Assembly: GCA_963845565.1 (NCBI GenBank)
Contig: CAWJSJ010000005.1
Location: 192,001-256,000 of the forward strand
Source of the DNA: an uncultured Methylomirabilota bacterium
GTDB lineage: Bacteria; Methylomirabilota; Methylomirabilia; Methylomirabilales; 2-02-FULL-66-22
Length of the DNA stretch: 64,000 nucleotides
Direction of reading: 5' to 3'
Of the stretch, positions 57,787-64,000 are shown piece by piece (the first letter of the stretch is position 1; each line of letters starts with the position of its first letter). The position numbers were made by a program, and so were the translations under genes. A model generated the notes under the pieces. The model was given only the letters and a program-made list of their open reading frames with translations. It was not told the origin of the DNA and searched no databases.

Positions 57787-58758
57787 GTGCGTGTGCTCGT
57801 AACCGGCGGGGCGGGCTACATCGGATCCCATCTGGCGGATGCCCTGATCAAGCGAGGAGACGAGGTCCTCGTCATCGACAATCTGTCTACCGGCCGTTTC
57901 GAGAACATCCGTCATCTTCAGGGCCATCCGGCGTTTCGATTCATCAACGACACGATTCTGAACGAGTCGTTGCTGGAACGTATGATTCCTTCCAGGGATC
58001 TGATCTTCCACCTGGCGGCGGCCGTCGGGGTCCGCAACGTGCTCAAGGATCCGCTGGCCGCCATCAACACCAACGTGCGGGGAACCGAGGCGGTCTTGGA
58101 TCACGCCTTTCGGTACTGGAAGCGCATTGTGATCGCCTCGACCTCGGAGATCTACGGCAAAGCCTCTCACGTTCCCTTTCGGGAAGACGACGACCGCGTG
58201 CTCGGGTCCACGGCGGTGACGCGCTGGTCCTACTCGATGTCCAAGGCCATTGACGAACACTTCGCATTTGCGTATGCCGCCAAGGGGTTGCCGGTTTCCA
58301 TCGTCCGGTATTTCAATTCCTACGGACCCCGAATAGACGAGCGAGGGTACGGGAGTGTGGTCGCCAATTTTGCTCGACAGGCGCTACGCGGGGACCCCAT
58401 CACGGTCCACGGGGACGGGAAGCAGTCCCGCTGCTTCACCTATATCTCGGACACGGTGGTGGGGACCCTGTTGGCGGGCGAGGCGGAGGGGGCCATCGGA
58501 GAAGCCTTCAACATCGGGAATCCCACCGAGACGCCCGTCCTGGAGTTGGCGCAGACCATGAAGCGTTTGGCCCGCTCGAAATCCCCCATCCAGTTCGTCC
58601 CGTACGAGGCCTACTACGGGGCGGGCTTCGAGGATACGCGGCGGCGCGTCCCGGCGATCGATAAGGCCAAACGGCTTCTGGGGTTCCAGCCCAAGGTGGG
58701 TTTGGATTCCGGCCTCAAAAAGACGCTCGCCTGGTGCCGGGACCACTACCGACACTGA
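57787..58758 (+). CDS. NAD-dependent nucleotide-sugar epimerase/dehydratase
   Basis: TGGAGYIGS, STSEIYGK, YSMSK. Confidence 0.92.
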   Translation: MRVLVTGGAGYIGSHLADALIKRGDEVLVIDNLSTGRFENIRHLQGHPAFRFINDTILNESLLERMIPSRDLIFHLAAAVGVRNVLKDPLAAINTNVRGTEAVLDHAFRYWKRIVIASTSEIYGKASHVPFREDDDRVLGSTAVTRWSYSMSKAIDEHFAFAYAAKGLPVSIVRYFNSYGPRIDERGYGSVVANFARQALRGDPITVHGDGKQSRCFTYISDTVVGTLLAGEAEGAIGEAFNIGNPTETPVLELAQTMKRLARSKSPIQFVPYEAYYGAGFEDTRRRVPAIDKAKRLLGFQPKVGLDSGLKKTLAWCRDHYRH

Positions 58759-58775
58759 GGGCACGCGAACGAACC

Positions 58776-59834
58776 GTGACCTACCTTGCGCCTCTCCTCA
58801 TCCCATTCCTGACCGCGTTCGGGGTCGCCCTCGCGCTCACGCCGCTCTGCGGCCGTCTGGCCGCAGCGCTGGGGGTCGTGGACCGCCCAGGCGAAAAGAA
58901 GATCCACGGCCGGACAACGCCGCTCCTGGGCGGGATCGCCATCGCGCTCGCGCAAGCCGGCGCGTTCCTGTGGAGTGGAGCGGCCGACCAGGCATCGATT
59001 CGCATTCTGATCGCCTCCGGGTGCATCCTGCTCCTGGGCGTCTGGGATGACCTGGATCCGCACTCCGAGGTGTTACGCTGGTGGCTTCGCCTCCTGTTCG
59101 AAGCCTGCCTGGCGGGTATCGTCCTGGCCGGCGGCGTGCGCACCAGTTTCCTCGGCACCCCATGGCTCGACATCCCGCTCACACTCCTCTGGATCGTGGG
59201 GATCACCAACGCGTTCAATCTGCTGGATAACATGAACGGACTGTCGGCAGGGGTGGCCGCCGTGGCGGGGATGACCTTTGCCTTGCTGGCCGCGCGATAC
59301 GTCAGCGTGGGCCCCGAGCAACTCCCCACGGCCGTAGCCGCCGCCACGCTGAGCGGCGCCTGCCTTGGGTTCCTTCCCGGCAACTTTCGTTCGCGGATCT
59401 TCATGGGCGACGCCGGCAGCCTGTTTCTGGGGTTCACGCTGGCCTGCCTGGCCGTGCAGGGGAGTTGGCGAAGCCCGACCATTCCGACCTCGGTCATCAT
59501 TCCGCTCTTGGTCCTGGCGTATCCGCTGTTCGATACGGCGCTGGTGGTCATCCTACGGCTGCGGCGGGGGCAGTCTCCGTTCGTGGGAGGACGGGATCAC
59601 TCCTCGCATCGCTTGGTGCGGCTGGGGCTGGGGCGGGTCGAGACGGTGTTGCTGATCTATCTCTTCGCGGGATCCCACGCGCTCACGGCGCTTTTGGTGT
59701 CATCGGTAACGCTCCATCTTTCCATGCTGGCGCTCTCCGGCAGCCTCAGCATCCTCTTCATTTTCGGCATGATCTTGCGAAAGGTCCCCGTATGGGAGGG
59801 CACGGCCCCGAAGGAGGGGTCGGACCATGGCTAA
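58776..59834 (+). CDS. WecA/TagO-type polyprenyl-phosphate HexNAc-1-phosphate transferase
   Basis: PLLGG, WDD, NAFNLLDNMNG, FMGDAGS, RDHSSHRL. Confidence 0.9.
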   Translation: MTYLAPLLIPFLTAFGVALALTPLCGRLAAALGVVDRPGEKKIHGRTTPLLGGIAIALAQAGAFLWSGAADQASIRILIASGCILLLGVWDDLDPHSEVLRWWLRLLFEACLAGIVLAGGVRTSFLGTPWLDIPLTLLWIVGITNAFNLLDNMNGLSAGVAAVAGMTFALLAARYVSVGPEQLPTAVAAATLSGACLGFLPGNFRSRIFMGDAGSLFLGFTLACLAVQGSWRSPTIPTSVIIPLLVLAYPLFDTALVVILRLRRGQSPFVGGRDHSSHRLVRLGLGRVETVLLIYLFAGSHALTALLVSSVTLHLSMLALSGSLSILFIFGMILRKVPVWEGTAPKEGSDHG

Positions 59835-60096
59835 GAAGATGGACAGCGTGGTCGTCCTGCTGATGATCCTGATCCTGGGCGCGCTGATCGGCAGCGTGAT
59901 CGGCGAGGTCATCGGGGCGCTGGCGCCAGGGGGGTACGTCGAGGCGATCTTCGCCAAGGGGATCAATCCGGGGATCACCCCCCCGGCGGTGCTGGACTTG
60001 AAGGTGCTGACGCTCACGCTGGGCGCCACGATGCGGATCAACCTGGCGAGCCTGATCGGCGTCGTCCTGGCGCTCGTCATCTACCGGAAGCTGTAG
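59827..60096 (+). CDS. Small membrane protein (DUF4321-like)
   Basis: Two hydrophobic segments; LDLKVLTLTLG..INLASLIG; precedes maf. Confidence 0.75.
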   Translation: MAKKMDSVVVLLMILILGALIGSVIGEVIGALAPGGYVEAIFAKGINPGITPPAVLDLKVLTLTLGATMRINLASLIGVVLALVIYRKL

Positions 60097-60098
60097 TC

Positions 60099-60698
60099 GT
60101 GGGAGCCGAGAGCCACACTCCGGACATCATCCTGGCGTCCGCATCACCACGCCGTGCGACGCTGCTCACGCAGATCGGCCTGCCATTTCGCATCTGCCCC
60201 AGCGCGCTGGGGGAGGACGGGGAGGCGGCGCTGGACCACGAGACGCCCGAGGCCTGCGCCACCCGGCTGGCGCTGGCCAAGGCAAAGGATGTCGCAGCGC
60301 GCCTGGGCCAGGGGCTGATCATCGGGGCGGATACCGTTGTGACCTGCCGTGGCCGCATCTTGGGGAAGCCGCGGAACGAGGAGGAGGCCCGGGGGTTCCT
60401 GCTGACTTTGGCCGGTCAGACCCACCGTGTGGTCACCGGGGTGGCGGTCGTGGACGCAGGATCGGGGCGGACCGAGTCGGACGTCGCGGTGACGGCCGTC
60501 ACCATGCGGCCATTCGGCTTGCAGGAAGCCCTGCGCTACGTTGCCACCGGTGAACCGCTGGACAAAGCCGGTGCGTACGGAATCCAGGGGCGGGGGGCGC
60601 TTCTGGTGGACGGGATTCGCGGGGATTATTTCAACGTCGTCGGCCTGCCGCTGACGCTCTTGGCCACGCTCCTCCGCAGGTTCGGGGTCGATCCCTAG
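60099..60698 (+). CDS. maf: Maf family nucleoside triphosphate pyrophosphatase
   Basis: ILASASPRR, GADTVV, DKAGAYGIQG, NVVGLP. Confidence 0.95.
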   Translation: MGAESHTPDIILASASPRRATLLTQIGLPFRICPSALGEDGEAALDHETPEACATRLALAKAKDVAARLGQGLIIGADTVVTCRGRILGKPRNEEEARGFLLTLAGQTHRVVTGVAVVDAGSGRTESDVAVTAVTMRPFGLQEALRYVATGEPLDKAGAYGIQGRGALLVDGIRGDYFNVVGLPLTLLATLLRRFGVDP

Positions 60699-60883
60699 GG
60701 CCGCAATCCGGAAGGCGACGGGAAACGTCGCATGCCTCGGAGTCCGTTGTTTTTCGGAAGTTGTGGGGGTTTCCCCTTGACACTCTTGGGCGTTTGTGGG
60801 AACGTACCGCTGCTCCACGGGCGCGGCACGTATGGTGCGGGCCGGCGCCGCTGGTCGGCAACCCCGTAGACACAGAGGCGAAC

Positions 60884-61762
60884 ATGTCACAGTCCTCGTT
60901 CTTGTCGCGGTGGACCGGGCGACCAGAGGCCGGAGACGATCCCTCCGCAGAGCCTGACCGAACCCCCCAGGAGGCGCTTTCCCCTCTCAAGCGGAGGAGT
61001 CAGGTGTCTGTCTGGTCGGCGTCGCCGTCGCTGGAGCGGGTTCGCCACGAATTCGACGAGCAGGTCCGGATCATCGAGGAGGCCAAGCGACTGCTCGAAG
61101 AGCGTCTGGCGCCGTTCCAGCGCCACCTCTTGGAACAGCGTCGCAACGTCGATCAGTGCCTGAAGCAGTTGGATGCCCGGCTCAAGCCTCTGCGGCAGTA
61201 TCTCGAGGGGCAGGGAAGCAACCTCGAGCGGGTCGGAACGCATCTCAACACAGAACTGAAAAACCAGTTCGACGATTTCGACCGATTCCTGGGTGACCAG
61301 CGCCAGATCTTGGAGCGCGCCAGCCGGTACCTCGACGATCAACCGCGGCCTCTGGCGCAGTATTTGGAGGACGAGCAGCGGGCCATCGAGCAGGTCTTTC
61401 GGGACTTGGAGGAGAAGTTGGAGCCGCTCGGCCGATATCTCAAGGAGCAGCAGAAGCTCCTCGAGGCGATGACCGAGCCACGCGTCACCGAAGAGTTCGA
61501 CCTGCTGGCCAGCTATTGTGGGGAGCGCCACGCCGCGCTGGAACGGTACGCCAGCGCCGGCGAGTATCGCCCGCAGGCCCTGTTCGCCGCACTGGACGAG
61601 ATCTACCAGAAATACCGGACGCAGGAGGGCGGAAGAAACAAGTTAATGGCCCGACTGCTGGAGCAGACCCGACAGGCGGACATCCGCCTCCAGGAGTCGT
61701 TGAAGCTGCTGCCCCGCGAGCAAGAGGACCCCCGCCCCGTTCGACTCGAGGCAGCTTCCTAG
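60884..61762 (+). CDS. Alpha-helical repeat/coiled-coil hypothetical protein
   Basis: E/Q/L/R-rich, with ~25-aa proline-punctuated repeats. Confidence 0.7.
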   Translation: MSQSSFLSRWTGRPEAGDDPSAEPDRTPQEALSPLKRRSQVSVWSASPSLERVRHEFDEQVRIIEEAKRLLEERLAPFQRHLLEQRRNVDQCLKQLDARLKPLRQYLEGQGSNLERVGTHLNTELKNQFDDFDRFLGDQRQILERASRYLDDQPRPLAQYLEDEQRAIEQVFRDLEEKLEPLGRYLKEQQKLLEAMTEPRVTEEFDLLASYCGERHAALERYASAGEYRPQALFAALDEIYQKYRTQEGGRNKLMARLLEQTRQADIRLQESLKLLPREQEDPRPVRLEAAS

Positions 61763-61872
61763 ACGCCCCGCGATACCGTTCCGATCCTGAGGGCTTCGCG
61801 CGAGCGGTCCGGTCCGCACGACGAGTGCGGCCGTCGGCAGCGAGGGATCGACCCCGGTCGCGGGCATGTCGC

Positions 61873-62259
61873 TTAGCGCGCCCTGGCCTGTCTCCGGCTG
61901 CGGAGGTATTCCTTGATCAGGTCATCCACGGTCTTGACTGACGGGACGCCTTCTGTCCGGGGCGTATCGGACGCGAGCGTGGCGGAAGATTGGACCGGGC
62001 CCGACGCATCCGCCGCCGTCAAGCCGGCCTCGACGCGTCGCATGATTCGCCGATGTTGCGCCTCCATGAGCGTCTTGACCTGCGCGGCCTGCGGATGCGC
62101 GCCGAGGATGTCGCCGTACTCGAGTTTCTCGCGGAGCACGATGGCGCCGCCTCGATACACGAGGGTGAGCACGGTGGGGCGTGCCTGACCCAGGTCTTCG
62201 GTCTGCACGTGATATTCGACGTCGCCGTGGGCGACACGGGAGTTGAAACCGGGAACCAT
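61873..62259 (-). CDS. Hypothetical protein
   Basis: MVPGFNSRV..YHVQTEDLG..LMEAQH; ATG start, fills the gap between flanking genes. Confidence 0.7.
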   Translation of the reverse strand: MVPGFNSRVAHGDVEYHVQTEDLGQARPTVLTLVYRGGAIVLREKLEYGDILGAHPQAAQVKTLMEAQHRRIMRRVEAGLTAADASGPVQSSATLASDTPRTEGVPSVKTVDDLIKEYLRSRRQARAR

Positions 62260-62402
62260 GGAATGCCTTTCTTGGGGACGAACGTCGTCACCATAACAAG
62301 GGCTGTGCGCGATGGCAAGGGCTATCGCAATTCCGGTGACGGCCGGACGACGACAAGGGCATACTCAACCGTTATGCCGCTCAGGGGCGGCACTAGGACG
62401 CT

Positions 62403-63110
62403 ATGGACCAATTCATCGTTCCAGCCTTGTTGCACGCGGGTCAGTACTTGGTGTCCTTCACCTTGGCTGCCCTGGCGCTGTTCTCGGTATATTCCCTGTC
62501 GGTGATCGGGGAGCGCTGGTGGACGTTTCGGCGGAGCCGGACGGCGTCGGCGGAGCTTGCGCCCCGCGTCTTCGGCCGGGTCGATCAGGGCATGATCGAA
62601 CAGGCCTTGGCTGCCTGCGAGGCGGGCCAAACTGGCCATCTCGCGACGGTGCTGGCGTCCGGTCTGCGGGAGGTCTTGCCGCTCGAATCCGCCAATCCGG
62701 GGTTGCACGCCGGACCGGAGCTGGACCGCGCCACCGTTGCCGCACGCGAGGCGATGCAGCGGTCCACGGCGACGGAGATCGAGCGGTTGGAGCGCCACCT
62801 GACGTCGCTGGCAACGCTCGGCAACATTAGCCCGTTCGTGGGTCTGTTCGGAACCGTGATCGGCATCATGCGGGCCTTCGAGGCGATTTCTCGGACGGGG
62901 AGCGGCGGGCTGGCCAGCGTCTCGGCGGGTATCGCGGAGGCGCTGGTGGCCACGGCCGCCGGATTGTTCGTCGCGATCCCGGCCGTGACCGCGTACAACT
63001 ACTTCATCTCGCGCATCAAGACCTGCGTCACGGAGATGGACGGGGCGGCATCGGAACTGGTCGCCCGCCTGACGCGCGCGGCGCGGCCGCCTGCCGCCAC
63101 GCAGGGGTGA
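62403..63110 (+). CDS. MotA/TolQ/ExbB proton channel protein
   Basis: SPFVGLFGTVIGIM, GIAEALVATAAGL. Confidence 0.92.
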   Translation: MDQFIVPALLHAGQYLVSFTLAALALFSVYSLSVIGERWWTFRRSRTASAELAPRVFGRVDQGMIEQALAACEAGQTGHLATVLASGLREVLPLESANPGLHAGPELDRATVAAREAMQRSTATEIERLERHLTSLATLGNISPFVGLFGTVIGIMRAFEAISRTGSGGLASVSAGIAEALVATAAGLFVAIPAVTAYNYFISRIKTCVTEMDGAASELVARLTRAARPPAATQG

Positions 63111-63119
63111 GGGGCTGCC

Positions 63120-63545
63120 ATGGCGATGTCGCTGCCGTCGCGCAACGCGGATCGGCGGGTCCTGTCGGAGATTAACGTCACGCCCTTGGTGGACGTGATG
63201 CTGGTCCTCCTGGTGATCTTCATGGTGACCGCGCCGATGCTGCAGCGCGGTACCGACGTGCAGCTTCCCCAGGCGCAGCACTCCGACGTCAAGGAGCAGG
63301 ACCGGCTCACGCTCACCCTCAGCAAGGACGGGCGGATTTACTTGAACAACCAAGAGGTGCCGAGGGCCGCGCTGCGCGACCGATTGATGGCGGCGATGCA
63401 GGGGCGAGAGCGCACGCTGCAGTTCCGAGGAGACGCCCAGGTCTCCTACGGGTTGGTCATCGAAATCATGGACACGCTCAAGGCCGCCGGGATCGAAACG
63501 GTCGGCATGATCACGGAGCGCCCGGCCCAGGCACCACGCCCGTGA
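63120..63545 (+). CDS. ExbD/TolR protein
   Basis: EINVTPLVDVMLVLLVIFMVTAP. Confidence 0.93.
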   Translation: MAMSLPSRNADRRVLSEINVTPLVDVMLVLLVIFMVTAPMLQRGTDVQLPQAQHSDVKEQDRLTLTLSKDGRIYLNNQEVPRAALRDRLMAAMQGRERTLQFRGDAQVSYGLVIEIMDTLKAAGIETVGMITERPAQAPRP

Positions 63546-63592
63546 GGTCGCGGCCTCCGCGCCGATCACGCTGACCCCGTCGGGAGACCGGA

Positions 63593-64000
63593 ATGGAGCT
63601 GCTGCAATACGCGATCGACATCTTTTTCCACCTGGATTCCCACCTGAACTCATGGGCGGGGATGCTGGGTCCGTGGCTGTATCTCGTGCTGTTTCTGATT
63701 ATCTTCTGTGAAACGGGCTTGGTGGTGACGCCGTTTCTGCCGGGCGACTCGCTGCTCTTCGCGGTGGGCGCCCTGGCGTCGGTTGACGCCTCGCCGATCC
63801 GCCTGCCCCACCTCTGCGTGCTGTTGTTCGTGGCCGCCGTTGCCGGCGACGCCGTGAACTACGCCATCGGCGCCCGCGTCGGACCTCGGGTGTTCAGCCA
63901 TAACGGTTCTCGCCTGTTCAAGCGGGAGCACTTGATCCGCACGCAGCGGTTCTATGAAAAGTATGGGGGCAAGACGATCGTCCTGGCGCGGTTCATCCCG
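63593..64000 (+). CDS. dedA: DedA family protein (3'-truncated by window edge)
   Basis: FCETGLVVTPFLPGDSLLF, GDAVNY, YGGKTIVLARFIP. Confidence 0.9.
   Translation, partial: MELLQYAIDIFFHLDSHLNSWAGMLGPWLYLVLFLIIFCETGLVVTPFLPGDSLLFAVGALASVDASPIRLPHLCVLLFVAAVAGDAVNYAIGARVGPRVFSHNGSRLFKREHLIRTQRFYEKYGGKTIVLARFIP

Overview
GC-rich bacterial chromosomal segment with no rRNA, no intact tRNA, no CRISPR array and no transposase seen. Left to right: (1) convergent ppk1 and ppx. (2) A ~9 kb arsenic/metal-resistance island (about 3970-13181): arsR-acr3, arsC, a Cys-Cys-tailed MoaD/ThiS-like protein next to a radical SAM/SPASM enzyme, a Cys-rich MarR, an ArsM-GNAT fusion, a second arsR, an ArsP-like permease and a small thioredoxin. 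The island also holds four genes that the ORF track truncates or misses because each has an in-frame UGA at a Cys-equivalent or C-terminal position followed by a SECIS-like hairpin. These are putative selenoproteins: glutaredoxin-like with C-terminal U, HesB-like, AhpD/CMD with CxxU, and HMA with MTUGGC. (3) hsp20, folP, SPFH/NfeD, a metalloenzyme, DinG-like helicase, mazG, HDOD, peroxiredoxin, a small secreted peptide, a tRNA 3' remnant, URO-D-like protein and Fe-ADH. (4) slt, glyA, nrdR and a heme/siroheme operon. (5) A ~24 kb ABC-transporter-dependent polysaccharide cluster with many tailoring enzymes. (6) maf, a helical-repeat protein, exbB/exbD and a partial dedA. Several small repeat families occur (stop-codon-associated MITE-like elements and heptamer arrays). 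At least six genes carry apparent +1 frameshifts, most likely sequencing errors. All assignments come from motif recognition by eye; no database search was run.
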